Positions 1-14,125 of a stretch of 64,000 nucleotides of DNA are shown here, piece by piece. Position numbers and translations under genes: made by a program. Under the pieces are notes generated by a model. It was given only the letters and a program-made list of their open reading frames with translations. It did not search any database and was not told where the DNA came from. Origin of the DNA: Podarcis filfolensis (Eukaryota); the NCBI GenBank assembly GCA_964270895.1, contig OZ185435.1; one strand, written 5' to 3'. How positions within the stretch are numbered: position 1 is the stretch's first letter; every line of letters begins with the position of its first letter.

Positions 1-105
1 ACCATTCAAAGAGAAGGCACTCTCAAAGATATTCAGAAATCAGAATCCGAGCTCTTTGAACACTGGAAAACACTCATGAATCGACAGGACCAAGATCTGG
101 AGAAG
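1..105 (+). CDS. ABCC8: ABCC8/SUR1 exon (human exon 23 equivalent), 5'-truncated by the window edge; end of NBD1
   Basis: Frame 1 reads [35 protein letters not shown], matching SUR1 [35 protein letters not shown]. The only phase-compatible donor is AAG|GCCAGT (GC). Confidence 0.93.
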
Positions 106-2056
106 GCCAGTTTTGTTTTTCTTTAGGTTTACATTACCTGAAGCATTTGTAGTTCAAAAATATGGAATGATAAATGAAATTCAAATGAATAGCAGGACAG
201 TCCAGAATCCAGCAGGGAAGAACAAAGTGGGGGATCCATCCCATTTGTGCCAACCAGGATGGCAGTTAGAGATGGGGCAGTTGTTTTGTCTTCCTTCCTG
301 TGCCAGCTCCAGGCTGGGGGTGCAGAAGGGTCCAGATCGGAACCTTCTCTGACAAATGGACTAGCTTTTAATCAAATATATCCATCACTAGCCTTGCCTG
401 TTTTGAAGCCATACACCAGCTACCACCAGCAGGAACACTGCCAGACAGAAGCTATGTTCACATTAGTAATTTCCCCCTGCTGCATTTCAAGCCACAATTG
501 CACAGTGTTGTTCACATCAAAGAAAGGTTGGGAAAGCATTCCCCTGGTGTGTGTGATCTTTTTGGTGTGTGTGTCCAGAACACACACCCCAAAAAACCCC
601 TCCTATTCATTAAGCTGTCATCTGCACATAATGTGCTGACCTGCATATGTGAGATGACTTACTCTACATCTACCGTAGTTTTCTAGTCAGATTGAAGCTA
701 GTTTGAGAAAAAACACATCGAACAGCAGCTTTTGTCAAGTAACTACAGGATCGATGTGGATTGTGGCAGCATCACATGCACACAGTCTCAGAAACTAGTA
801 ATGGGAGGACACTTGATATCAAGTAAGCGGTAATCCGAACATACCCAGAGATAGCTTCTCATTCACCTGTGGGTGTAACAGGGGGCCTCTGCAGAGATGA
901 AGTCCCCCTGCTTGCCAGTCTGCAGCAGCAGAGGCCACCAGAATGTGGAAGAGGGGTCCCCTCTAGTGGCACATATCATGAGTTATGCAATAATCCTTCA
1001 TCACACAATTTGTCAAGGGGGGTGTTATTCTTCTGTATGGTCTGTACCTGAAACCACGTTTGAATCAACCTTCCCAAAGAGATGTTCTTGCATAAGAAAA
1101 CTGGAATTTGACCATAGTAAATAAAAGTAAGGTCATAACATACGAAGAAGAAGAAGAAATTGGTTGACTTAGGATGCAGTCCAAGCCATGGCCTCGGACT
1201 AGAGCTTAACAGAGTGGTAGGACCTCAGCCCTGCAGCTGACACCAGGCAAGGTGGAAGGCAGCAGGAGGGAAATTGCTGCAACAACCTGGGAGTGGCAAA
1301 AGAATCGAGCCCAAAATGAGCCTGATGCCATCATGTAATGCAGTGGAACCAGCTTGGGAATCAGTGGGTCCTGGGCAGCCCCTCCCCTGCAATACCCCAT
1401 TTCAAAGTATTATGTGGACTGCTGCCAGGACACCACCCTTTTGAGATAACACCCTTTCAGGACACCTCTGCCCCATCCATAAAGGCACACTAGCACAAGG
1501 GGGGTTTGCTCTGCAGTGTCCTGTATTTAATGTTTACATATTGGGAAAGATGTTTAAAATGTGAATACTGAATAGAAGCAGGACGATCAGAGGTGTGGTG
1601 CCAACAGACCTTTGTAATTGATTATTTTTTTAATTAATCAGTTGCCTGAAGTAACTATCCCTATTAGCTAGAACTCTCTCTCTTACTCAGTACATTATCT
1701 CTCATTTGTGAATTATGCTCACCCTCTTGGCCATAGCTAGGTATAATCTGATTGTTGTTAAACTTAGCTGTGATGCTCCAAACCCTGGTGTTGAAATGCA
1801 TATCCTGATCTCTTAATCTTAGTTAATGGCTGAGCTGCCATTATGTCTGCTTCACCCTCAAGTGATAGATGGCATTGGCTATCTTGAGAGCCTGGTGTGT
1901 GTATACCTAAGGGATTACTAATTCATGACAGTTAAATGCATTTCACTCGCTTCATTTCTAACAGCAGATTGATTTGAAAATATAATTGTTTGTAAACAAA
2001 ACCTTTAAAAATGAAAAACCTGTACACTCAGTGTCACTTGTTTCTCCTGCTTTTAG

Positions 2057-2156
2057 GAGACCTTAATCGAACGAAAAGCTGTATTAGACAGGACAAACCT
2101 CCAAAGGACAAAGAATTCTCGAGAAACTCTTCTCCAAGATGAAGAAGAGGATGAAG
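2057..2156 (+). CDS. ABCC8: ABCC8 exon 24 equivalent (NBD1-TMD2 linker)
   Basis: ttttag|GAG acceptor; ETLIERKAVLDRTNLQRTKNSRETLLQDEEEDE; 100 nt; G|GTGAAG donor, phase 0 to 1. Confidence 0.9.
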
Positions 2157-3335
2157 GTGAAGTTGTATTCCAAACAGGACTTTTCTGAATAATTTTTTGT
2201 CATTCTGTCCTTGACAATAGTTCACAAGGCCAATAAAGTATTTTTGAACTGCTTATGTACAAGTCGAAGGTATTCTTTGTTTGCTAGCACAAGTTTAATA
2301 GGAGATTCTTGTTTCAGCAGAACTAATTTTAACTGCACGTTAGAGCCATAATTGAACGTTCATGCACATGTAGGTATTTATTTCATTGTGAAAGACTTCA
2401 GAAGTAATACAAGGGTCACTTTTTTTGTGGACTGCTAAGATTGGATTACTCCATGCATCTATAAATCATGGTGTCCCGAGAAAATTCTGAAGATCTGTTA
2501 AATAATTTAAACACTCTTTAAATGTGAGAGTAATGTGAGAATAATGAATGGCTAGTCAACAGACCTTCTACTATTTTACTTTTTTTTTTTTTGAGAGCTT
2601 TTATTTTCTATCATAGAATTCTTAAGCCACCACATTAGTGGTTTATCCTTGAAAGAAGGAGCCACTGGAATCAGTGTAGATGTGTTAAAATATCCTCTCT
2701 TTAGATTTGTATCAGTGCTTTAGTCTGTCCGCATTTACATACTCCTTTGTATACATTTGAATATACGCACAAAACACCTGAAAATATCTACATAATATTT
2801 TGAGCTTTTCAGTTCATGTGTCTACTCACCCCACCTACCATGCATAGAGCAAAATGGACAAACTGGAAGAAATCTGTTACATACTTGCTTGCTAGTAAGC
2901 CCCCTTGAACCTGGGCCTTGTTGTGAATAAAAATGCAAAGATTAAACATGCTTGATCACCTCTGGAAGTAGTTTAGCCCTCTATATGTTGTTGGACTACA
3001 TTATCCTTGAGCATCAGGGCTAGGTCAGCAATTAGCCAGTACTGCTGCTCTGGCAGCAGCAGGGCAGATGACGATGGCAAGGCAGCACTTCCCATTTTGC
3101 CTCAAGTGGAGAAATGGGACATGCTGCCCCTATGGAGCATTGACCATGCTGGTTGTGGCTGATGGGAATTGTTCCAGCCACTTCCTGAAGGCCGCAAGTA
3201 AGCTACTTGTGGTCTATGGGCAAGAAATGCTAGTCCTGTTTTTCCAGGACTTAACGTATTGTTAGCACTACATAAAGATGAGGGGAGAAAGGTAAGATTT
3301 TCCTAGAAGGATTACAGTACAATATTCCTTTACAG

Positions 3336-3583
3336 ATGAAATTCCAGAAAGTGATGACGATGACAATCTATCTTCTGTCCTTCACCAAAGAGCAAAGATG
3401 CCTTGGCGAGCATGTGGGAAATACCTTAGCTCAGCAGGATTCCTCCTCTTGCCTTTGCTGGTTCTTTCACAGCTCCTAAAGCATTCTGTTATGGTGTCCA
3501 TTGACTTCTGGCTGGCACAGTGGACATATGATGCTATTGCTTTCAAGGTGGGGCCCACAGAGAAGAACTGCTCTGTTTGTGAG
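3336..3583 (+). CDS. ABCC8: ABCC8 exon 25 equivalent (acidic linker, first TMD2 helix)
   Basis: tacag|AT; [35 protein letters not shown]...WLAQWT...NCSVCE; GAG|GTATGG donor. Confidence 0.95.
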
Positions 3584-4962
3584 GTATGGTGCCTTCTAAG
3601 ATCCCAACACTGATCTCTTGAGTAAGATCTTCCTAGTTTTCTGCTCAGGTATATACTATACAAAAGTCATATGCTCTCTGAAGTTGTTTACATTTCAAGT
3701 GGTGCTTGAAAATAGCATGAATAGAGAGTACTACTATGTTTTGTTTTTTTCTGGGATGTAGCATTCTAGCTACTGCAAATGGTTTAAAAAGAAGTATTTT
3801 ATGCATTTGGAGTACTGTTGCAATGCAGTCTTCAACCATTTTACTAGGGAGTAAATCCCATTGAACTCAATGGGATTTCCTTCTGAGTGACATTTTAGGA
3901 TTGCATTATGAATCTATAAAATCACATATTTCGTCATGCGAACAAGAGAGCACAAGTATTTTGAACACGGAATGTGGATATATAGGGCTGCCACCAAACA
4001 TGGTATCTCAGTGTTTGTACTCACAATTTTCTGTAAACATCTATTGAAATTCTTTCATGGCATGACCTCATAATGTGAGTTCCCCTTCTGCAGCCCTACA
4101 TCACTATTAATCATAATTAACTCATCAGAAGAGTTAAGAATTGAAGCAACCATTACAGTTATATTTTCTAAAACTCTTTCATTTTCCTGTACAACCATTA
4201 TTCTCAACCAAAGAATTATATCTTATGTAAATTGCAATGGCATGGAAACTCTGTCTGTGTTAATAAAAAAGACAGAATCGATTCAAAGAAGATCAACATA
4301 ATTAAGTTACTTGTTTCAAGGAGGGATTAATTGTTCATGTGAGTCAGATGTGATGCTGGCATTATTTAATAAAAAAATGTGATTGAATCATTTCTGGCAA
4401 TTTGTGTTTTATAAATAAGCAATCTATTTTATTTAAACTCTTAGGGTGATAGCCAAACTCTGCACAAGCAGACTTCTACTTGGGCAATTGAACCTCCTCA
4501 TCCTCCTTCTCCCCACTGTGCCCCCAATCTGCTCTAAAAGATCCCCAATGCTCCAGAGGAGATTTGTGGGGCCATAGCAGACAGCAGTGGGGAGGAGAAG
4601 AAAAGGCTGTCTCCTTGCAGAAGCAGAAGTCCATTCCACTGACGGACTGACATAGTCTGCTCTTCTGCACAGTGTTTGAGGATAAGTAACAACTAGATGT
4701 GCATACTAGCCCATTTCTGTTATAGTCATTGTATTTTAAATGTTTAATTTCAAGCATTGCCAAATTATATATCTGTATCTTAGCAAACCTAAAGTCTAAG
4801 TGCTGAAGGCTTTATTTTCATAAATATGAAGAGAGACTGAAGTAAGTACCGTAGCTATGTAGACAGGTAAATGGGAAAATACCCTACAGTTATTAATCCT
4901 GCAATTCCGACAAGTTTTTTGTTTTTTGTTTCACCATTTTTCTTCTCTGTCCTCTCTTTTAG

Positions 4963-5129
4963 GAATCCAAGTTTAATCATTCTCCTTATACAATAATATT
5001 CAGCATTCTCTGTTGCCTTGGAATTATATTATGTCTTGTAACATCAATAGCAGTAGAATGGACCGGTTTAAAAGTTGCCAAGAAACTACATTGTTTTCTG
5101 CTGAATAAAATTATTTTGGCCCCGATGAG
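4963..5129 (+). CDS. ABCC8: ABCC8 exon 26 equivalent
   Basis: ttttag|GAA; [43 protein letters not shown]...ILAPMR; 167 nt; AG|GTATTC. Confidence 0.95.
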
Positions 5130-5451
5130 GTATTCTACTATCATGAAATTCAAAGATAATGTTGTGATAACAGTTGTTTGTTTTGTTTTTGGTGCACCCA
5201 AAGATCCCAAGGGCGAACTGCAGTAGCATAGTGTTTCTTGTCCAAAAGGCTTTTACTAAGCAAACAAAAACATTGATAGACCATATGAATGGCCTTCTCA
5301 GCATCCTATTCTAACCCAGAGTTCCCATCCATTATTTCCAGTTTAATCCGATATACCATAATCCTATCCTAATCCATAGTTCATAACCCTAAAGATCAGT
5401 ACATCTTCATCCAGTCCCACAACAATCACTCAAAAAATAATAATAATATAT

Positions 5452-5667
5452 CTCCATGCAAGTAGATAAATAGGTACTGCTCCGGCGGGAAGGTAAACGG
5501 CGTTTCCGTGCGCTGCTCTGGTTCGCCAGCAGCAGCTTAGTTATGCTGGCCACATGACCCGGAAGCTGTACGCCGGTTCCCTAGCCAAGAAAGCGAGATG
5601 AGCGCCGCAACCCCAGAGTCGGTCACGACTAACCTAATGGTCAGGGGTCCCTTTACCTTTACCTTTA
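5452..5667 (+). mobile_element. Sauria-type SINE, 3' portion with (ACCTTT)n tail
   Basis: Reverse complement of the copies at 47.5 and 51.1 kb; ends ggtccctttacctttaccttta. Confidence 0.85.
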
Positions 5668-6157
5668 TCTCAGTGCAACTACATATTACACTGCACAAAT
5701 GTATTACTGTCCTATCACAGAATCATAAAATTATGGCACTGGAAGGATGCAAAATGCTAAAAAAAGATCAGTCACTCCAGTCCCCTACAAATGCAATTCA
5801 TATAATTGTTAGGAGGAGAGAGCTCTAGGTGTATTGTAAGAGATGTTCCTCTAACAATTATAATTTGCCATAGTTGTCTTGCCCGATCTATGTCCAGTCA
5901 GTGGTGCATGCTCTCAGGGTGGGGCTTTGACATACAAGTGCCCTCAACAGAGTGAGCTCCAAAACTCAGTAGGGCTAGGCTAATGCATTTTGAAATAAAT
6001 GAAGTGATAGACATTTCCACAGAGATAGCCACTGTGATGCACTCCAATTGTCAGGGGTGATGAGAATTGTAGTCCAGCAACAACTAGAGGCCACCACACT
6101 GTCTACCCCATCTTACCATCTATAGGGAGAGGGGCACCATAACAAGATTTGAAGTAA

Positions 6158-6259
6158 TACACATTAGCATCTAAAGAGGGAGTAAGAGCATTAACTCTGG
6201 AACCTAACATTAGATCCAAGGGTTAATGATCTTACTTCCTCTTTAGATGCTAATGTGTA
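6158..6259. repeat. About 100-nt near-perfect inverted repeat flanked by TA
   Basis: TACACATTAGCATCTAAAGAGG pairs exactly with CCTCTTTAGATGCTAATGTGTA, and the stem extends to about 44 bp. Confidence 0.85.
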
Positions 6260-7346
6260 GTAGCATCTAAAGTCCCACTGAGTCCATTACTTATTCCTGC
6301 TGCAACAATCTTCCCATTGACCCTCTCAACAGTCTCCCAATGGACACTGTGGTATTCCGTTCCTTTAAATCTACTCTACTTTGAAGAGTAATCTAATGTT
6401 TCACTCTTCAGTTCGGAAAAATAGAGCCTACCATGGCTGTTTGATTACTGTGAGTTTATTTGGAATTGGTTTTAAACTCCTGAGACCTTTTATATCTCAA
6501 ACATATTAAAAGGGATTTTTACTGAACAGATACAGAGATATTCTCATGGAATACGGTGCCTTTTTACAGGCCTCAAAGAGGGAATTGCATCACAGTGTTG
6601 CACAGAAATCACTAGAGGCCTGATTAGGGTTTTGATTTCTAATTGTAAGGGAACATAGCATGAATAATGAGGACGAGGCAATTTTTCTTTGTTTAGTATA
6701 TTTATTATTTTGTGTTCCTGTTTATATTTAATGAAGAGATAAGTGACTTGATGGGCTGTAGCATAAAATGTGGAAAGTAAATGAAATGCTCCTATTCTAG
6801 ACTATTATGCCTTCTCCACAACATGCTATATTTTTAGATGAAGGGAGAATTCAGACATGCAATTTCCCACCAGCAATCTGAAGTCATATAATCCTCCCAT
6901 GTGCTTTCCTCTGAATTTGTGGATGGAGTCTTAGAACCATCATACCTTACCATTTAATAAAACATTAATATCACGCTAAGCTTACACTGTTTCACTTTTT
7001 GCTATTCATTTGACCTCCAAATAATTTGTTACTTGTGTGCAATTCTTTGTATCTTTGAATAGAAAACACTTTCTCAGTTTAATTGTATCATTCAGTTTGT
7101 GCAATGAATTGAATCTGATGAGTGATTCATACTTCTATAATATGTGTATATATTTGATAGTAGTTTAATTATCAGGAATTATATAAAGTTTATTTGATAA
7201 CACAAAAATATCTCATTCCCCAGTGTTAAACAGAGTTATGTGGAGTTTGGTATTGTTCGTAATCCAGAAATAACTGAAATAGACATTAAATCAGTTTTTA
7301 AATTTCTTTCAATGTCAAACTTGGTGGTCTCAATTGCCCATTACAG

Positions 7347-7416
7347 GTTTTTTGAAACAACACCCCTGGGAAGTATCTTGAACAGATTTTCAGCCGATTG
7401 TAACACTATTGACCAG
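7347..7416 (+). CDS. ABCC8: ABCC8 exon 27 equivalent
   Basis: ttacag|G; [23 protein letters not shown]; 70 nt; CAG|GTAGGC. Confidence 0.97.
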
Positions 7417-8853
7417 GTAGGCACACTTAAAAAAATAGTCACTAAAAGTAAATTCTGATTTCTTCCAGTCACATTCAGTGCAAAATATAATCTAAATGCA
7501 AACTATATTTGGACTATAGTTGAACAATATGAATAATGTTGCTATGGAATGATATTGAAGTATTTTATACATTGTAGCAATGCTGTCAGAACATTTTATA
7601 TAACTAATATAAATTTCCATGAGAAAATCCTTTAGAATAAATAAAAAAGGAGAACACCTCATTACAAGATAATGTAATTTGATACTAAAAATAAATAAAA
7701 AGCCTATGATACCTTCAGGGTCTGAAGAGCTACATCAAAGTACCTTTGCTAAAACTGTGGCTGTCTTTTTTTTTTTTTTTTTTTGCATCAGCCGATTTCC
7801 GTTAGCTTGACAATGACTGGCTTCAGAGGGAACACAAAACCATGGTTTGTGCTAAACTAAGAACCCACACTGTAGCATGAGCTTCCAGGTGTCCAGCAGA
7901 CAAGCCCTGCTTTTGTTTCCCATCTGTTCAGGACTCCACTTCAAAAATCACTCCTGCATTCATGGTGAAGCAGCCACAATGGCCCTAACTGTGGCCTGTC
8001 AGTTGTCTGCTATTTCAGATATAATAATATGCGAATTCCAGTTTCTTCTAATTTCAAACCACATTTCCAGACCCTGGTTTGTTCCCCCGCAAAAAACAAA
8101 CAAACCATGGTTATCTGGCAGGTTTGAGCTGGAGAAATCATGGTTTCTCATTACATCTGAATCCAGGCAATATGTTACTTACTTGCTTTATACTGAACTG
8201 TGCCTCGATCTTCTGCAGGACTTGCTTTCCCATGTGCATGACTCTATTCACCACACTAAGTACCATTGCCCTCATGCAAATTTGACTCAGAAACTGCAAC
8301 ATGTATATGATCATATTTCACTGTAGGAATAACTTCCCAATATTTCTCTTAAGCAGTTTATCACAAATTCAGAAGTAACAGGCTTCAGTGGCAGCCCTAA
8401 CTTTGTTCACCCCAGGAATACTGAATGTAGACACAGCAATAATTAATGGTTTATTCATATTAAAATAAGAATGACATTCAATTTTTGAATTTCCTAATGG
8501 GCTTTCAGGAGATTCCCAATTGGCAGCCCAGTCCTGTGCTATTAATTGTGCTATTAGTTGTTTAAAAATTCATGCAGACTAGTTTCTGCCTGAGCAATGA
8601 AGCTATACAAAGTCTCACCAAAATCCAACAGTCTTTTTACTGATATTATAATTATTATAATTATTAAATATTTATTGATTTTTTAAAAACCAAATATGAA
8701 ACACAAATCTAAAATTAACTATTCAGCACCATACATGGCCTTGTTTTGAAAGAGGGAAGAAAGAGCAAAAGGAACTGTTGATTTCATGGTAGCATTGATT
8801 TATTTTCATTGCACTTAATATTTATTGCTTTATTCTTGTGTTTATTTGCTTAG

Positions 8854-9011
8854 CACATTCCTGCCACCCTGGAGTGCTTGAGCCGTTCTACCCTGCTCTG
8901 TTTATCTGCTCTTGCTGTGATTTCGTATGTTACACCTGTGTTTCTCATAGCTCTAGTTCCTCTTGCTGTCATATGCTATTTCATCCAGAAATACTTTAGA
9001 GTAGCATCAAG
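8854..9011 (+). CDS. ABCC8: ABCC8 exon 28 equivalent
   Basis: cttag|CAC; [28 protein letters not shown]...[10 protein letters not shown]; 158 nt; AG|GTAAGC. Confidence 0.97.
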
Positions 9012-9350
9012 GTAAGCAATTCACAAGTATGTCACAGTGTATGAAAAATGGCTTGTTTATATGTAGGTATATGACTTTGTATTTATGTATATATAGAAGT
9101 ACAAATGGAAAAGATGGCACATCTAGCCCATGTTTGAATTAATGATTATCATCTTGCTATTCCTGGTAGCCCCTGCTTATATTTTCACTTTAGAACAAGT
9201 ACCGTTTTAGGTTTAGACTGCCAGTTTGTTTCCTGGTTAGACTTCTGCATTTTAACAGTTGCATTAACAATTAAATACCCAGTAAATAAAGCTTAATTTC
9301 TTATCGGGGGGGAAACTGACTGCTTTTTAAAAATAAAACATTGTTTTCAG

Positions 9351-9443
9351 GGATCTGCAGCAATTGGATGACAGTACCCAGCTCCCATTACTTTCTCATT
9401 TTTCAGAGACTGTGGAAGGTCTAACAACTATACGGGCATTCAG
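9351..9443 (+). CDS. ABCC8: ABCC8 exon 29 equivalent
   Basis: tttcag|G; [31 protein letters not shown]; 93 nt; AG|GTATTT. Confidence 0.97.
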
Positions 9444-10978
9444 GTATTTGTTTGGTTTTTAAGTTGTAAGGGTTTTCCAAAACTGCAAGGAATTTTGTAG
9501 TTATGTACTGCCTCACTCTATTTATGTATGAAGAATTTGGTAACTATAGATAACCACAACAAGCCCCATAAGACTCTAAATAATAGTGTCACTATTTACA
9601 TTACCATAGTGCTTAAAAGGTACCATACATTATAGAAATGGGTAATATATTTAAGTGCCCGAGTGTAGTCTTCCTCTAGTACCTTTAAGGGCACCTTCAA
9701 CATGGGTGGGCACATCCATCGCACATCTAAACCCGAACTTCACATATGCCCATGACATCATTCCACACTATTCCCCTGGTGCAGCGACCATGGCGCAATG
9801 GCGGAGCACCTGCATAATAAGTCCCAGCTGCAGCACTGGTATCTGCAGGTAAAAACCATAAAGTAGTAGGGGATGGGAAAAACCTCTCTCTGTTTGGAGA
9901 GCTGCTGCAAGTCAGAATGGACTGTGCTTTGCCCTGTCCTATGTCCTATGTTCAGCAGTCTTGTTCCCATATCTTGACACAAAAAGAATTGATGGAGAAT
10001 ATGAGCAGGGGGAGCTGTGTGCCACATGGCTCTAGTTTGGAATAAGGGTTGGGGAAGTTGTGCGTACTCTTCCCTAAGCAACTCCTGCCACCTCTGTCCT
10101 TTTCAGTGCCAAAACTAAATGGCACAAACTGTCTGTGTCAGTGAATTGCGCAAACACCGTTCATCACAGCATTTTTTTGGAAATTATAAAGTTTAGGTCT
10201 GGGGTGGAAACCCTCAGACAAGCCTCTCTGTTTAGCCCTTGGGACACTTCCCAGGCAACACTCCTCACCACGCTGCTCTATTTTTGCTTGAATGTGTCCT
10301 TGAAGTATGGCATGCCTCTTGCATGCCTGGATAGAGACTGGAGAGAGGTGTCTGTGGGCAGGCAGAAACCACTGACTTTCGCATGGCTCCAATGCAGCCT
10401 ACTATCCTAAAAGTCACATCCAATGCTCTACGTACAGATGGTTCCACAGTAGATTGCACTGCCCATTGTCTGCCCATGGCTGGCATGTGACCTCCATAGG
10501 TTGACCATGATAGCATGTCACCTTCAGGCTGAAAAAGGTTCCCCATCCTGACATAGGAAAAGCTGTCCCAATTAGCACGTCAAGATCACTGGTTGTGGGA
10601 TGTGTTTCCTTTTCTCCCATCTGCAAGCCTTGGTGCCCCAATGCTATAGCAACAAGTAGGCATAAAATGGGAAAGAGCCAAATTAGACATGAATCAGTAC
10701 GTTTCCATTTGTTTCAATTTGCACAAGGACACCATCTTACAGTATTTGTGTTGACTTGCACTGTGCCATCATAGCCTGCTAGCTATTTTAAGTTGTATAG
10801 AGAGGCTGGGGAGACCATAAGCAGCAAAATTAGTTCTATTTATATTTTAATTACTATGATTATCATATATTAGTTAGGCTTCTAGAATCAGCTCCTGCTA
10901 ATTGGCATTCTATACCACTATACCACTGGGAAAATTAAGTCAGCCATGTTCCATTATGTATTTAACTCATGACTTGTG

Positions 10979-11000
10979 ATATATATATATATATATATAT
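10979..11000. repeat. (AT)n microsatellite
   Basis: Direct inspection. Confidence 0.9.
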
Positions 11001-11953
11001 TCCAACCTTCTCCAGTTGAGAAGATAAAAATGTCTTTGTAACCATTAGCACAGGACTCCACAGAGCTTTGCATGAACAAAAACTTCCTTTGATATTGTCT
11101 ATAGAAGGCAAGCTGACACCTTGAAATTGCTGCCTGGCAGCACAAGCTCAGAATTTAGGCAGGCAAATTGAATTCAAAATAATTGATATACCTCTGACCC
11201 AGACAGAAGCGAGCATTTACCAGCTCCTGTGTTTTATTTACTGTCAAGCTATTTCATGTGCTATATTTAGGCACTTCGTTTCAGCTGCCTTACATGCAGC
11301 AGAAGTGACATTTGGATTCTAATCTCTCAGCAAAGTATTCAGATCTTGAGTTTCTAAAATTAGCTCTGAAACAGAACTAAATTAAAGAGCTAGATAGCAA
11401 ATCCTTGTTCTTCCTGACCCTCATGGCAGGTATTTTCAATTTGATCAAAATAGGCAAGGGGGAAAATGATTATATAATTGCAAATAAATCTTCATAAACT
11501 ATATTTTTATAATCCACTATGTCTGTATACTATTGCTGCTCAGTGCATGACCCTTCTACTTTATTTTATCTCAATTATTCACTATATGTAAATATAGCAC
11601 CTATTTGCTTATATCTGTGTAACAGTTCTGTAGCAGAGAATTAGAATTTAAATTAATGAACTCACTGTCACAAATGTACTTTTTTGGACTACTGACAATA
11701 TTTTGAAAACTTTCAACACACAGTCTTAAAACTTAGTTGTTCTTTGAATTCTAATCCTCCTTCTAATTGCTGACATGACTATAAATGAAAAGGCTGTTGT
11801 TACTTATATTTATTCATATAAAATCCACTGCTAGTTCCACAATTCCTTTCAAAAGAATCCCTTATTTTGCATAAGCAAGCCATAAAATATACCTTGCTAT
11901 TATGAATGGACATTCACACTAACATCTGGGTGTCTCTCATTTCTCTTTTATAA

Positions 11954-12151
<198 letters not shown>

Positions 12152-12820
12152 TAAAGGCTCCTGTGTCTTTAACAGTTGCATAACAACCAAATTCTCAATT
12201 GCTAAAGCTCAATAGGCAAAGCTTTATTATTATCCTGCTTGCCAGAGAAGTCTTAACTTCTGCTTGTTGCACATCAGTTAAATGGATCAAGACCATTATA
12301 AGAAGAAAAACTGACAATCCAAATTTGGCTTTAGTTAATACCATTGCAAATGGTCTCTGTAATGCAAATCTGGGAGTCTTTTTCAACCCAATGGCCACAA
12401 TCTCTCATGGGTATCTTTCCAGGTACTGCATGCCAGTAGTGAGAAGCACCAAATCCAAAAGGGGATGGGTCCACAGTCAAAAGTGGGTGGGATCAAAGTG
12501 CAACCCCCACACACACACTCATCCGCATACCATTCAGACAAATCCATCCTCACCCCATCAGTATGGACACTCCATTTGTGCAAATTTATCCAATTACTCT
12601 ACAGGGTTGAAGTATTATACAGTACTCACCTCAAGATTATCCTCTGTAATTGCCTCAATACTTGGCCTGGTCAAAAGATCCTTTGCTGACTGCCAAATGT
12701 TAGAACCTGACCAGCCTCAGTAAATCCAAAAGCCTAGTATTTGATTCTGAAGTTTCAGAAATAGTTAAAATATTGCTATCTCCTTGTGTGCTATGATGAT
12801 TTATATTACTTTTTTTTAAG

Positions 12821-12934
12821 GAGTATATTGGGGCATGTGTAGTGCTCATTGCAGCTGTTGCTTCAATTACGAAATCTCTCTACGATAACCTCTCTTCGGG
12901 TCTTGTAGGCTTGGGATTAACCTACGCTCTGATG
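12821..12934 (+). CDS. ABCC8: ABCC8 exon 31 equivalent
   Basis: tttaag|GAG; [38 protein letters not shown]; 114 nt; ATG|GTAAGT. The T and M in LTYALM are SUR1-type. Confidence 0.97.
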
Positions 12935-13579
12935 GTAAGTAAGTTTAAGAGGAGAGGCTCCAGTCAGGTGTTAAAGTTGACATTTAGTCTGCATTGGTTT
13001 CTGAAAATATGCAGCATAATATAGGCCTAAGCGTTTAGGTGCCTCAAGCTTAACAAACTGGCAGCTGGTGGCCAAACACTGTAACCATAAAAATTAGCTG
13101 GGGTAAATTTAAAGTGTATAATATCCCAATAGTTTTATTCCCATTAATAGTTTTATTCATAACAACTGACAGGCATTTGAGTGACCTAGAAGAGGGGTTT
13201 TTAAATGGTCGTCCACTAATAGCCCGTGAGCTTCATTCATGTGGTGTGCGGCATGGCTGTAAAAATTAAATTAAAAACCATACAGAATCTTGCACAACAG
13301 GCAGAAGAAAATTGCTACAACAGGCAGAAAAAAATATAAAGCGGTCTGTCAAGACCTTCTGCAATTTTGAAGTGGATCGTGGAAGGGTGGAATTTGGGAA
13401 CTACTGACCTAGAAGACTGCCATAGTAGTCAAATATTTAGACTTCTGGACAGATGGAAGCTCTTGTTTTCTTTTATGGGAGCAGACAGTGACAACTTTGA
13501 ATAATTTGAAGTGTTGGTTATGAGATTCTACCTACATTCTATACCAGTTCCAGACACAAATCTTAACTATTTATTCTAG

Positions 13580-13717
<138 letters not shown>

Positions 13718-13862
13718 TAAGTTGTAGAAAGGGCTTGGTAGTTGTTTAATTATTCCCACTTAAGTCTCATTAATAGCCATGAACTTTTAGAGAGCTATTT
13801 TTAAAGAAGCATGAACTTTTAGCAAACCAGTTTTCCACATATTATTTTTGTTTTGATTACAG

Positions 13863-13993
13863 CTCCAGCACAAATTCCTCAGAACTGGCCTGACCATGGT
13901 GAGATTCAGATACAGAATCTGTGTGTTCGCTATGACAGTACTCTGAAGCCTGTGCTAAAGCATGTCAGTGCCCACATCTCTCCTGGGCAAAAG
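13863..13993 (+). CDS. ABCC8: ABCC8 exon 33 equivalent (start of NBD2)
   Basis: ttacag|CT; [44 protein letters not shown]; 131 nt; AAG|GTAATA. Confidence 0.97.
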
Positions 13994-14125
13994 GTAATAC
14001 AAATGATCACTTAGAGTAATGACTTTAGCTGTCAAAAACCCATGAAAACTATATTGTTGAGAGTAGAACCATTCCTTATTTATTCCAGAATATCGTCCCT
14101 ATTTTAAACAAGTTGAAACAATATA

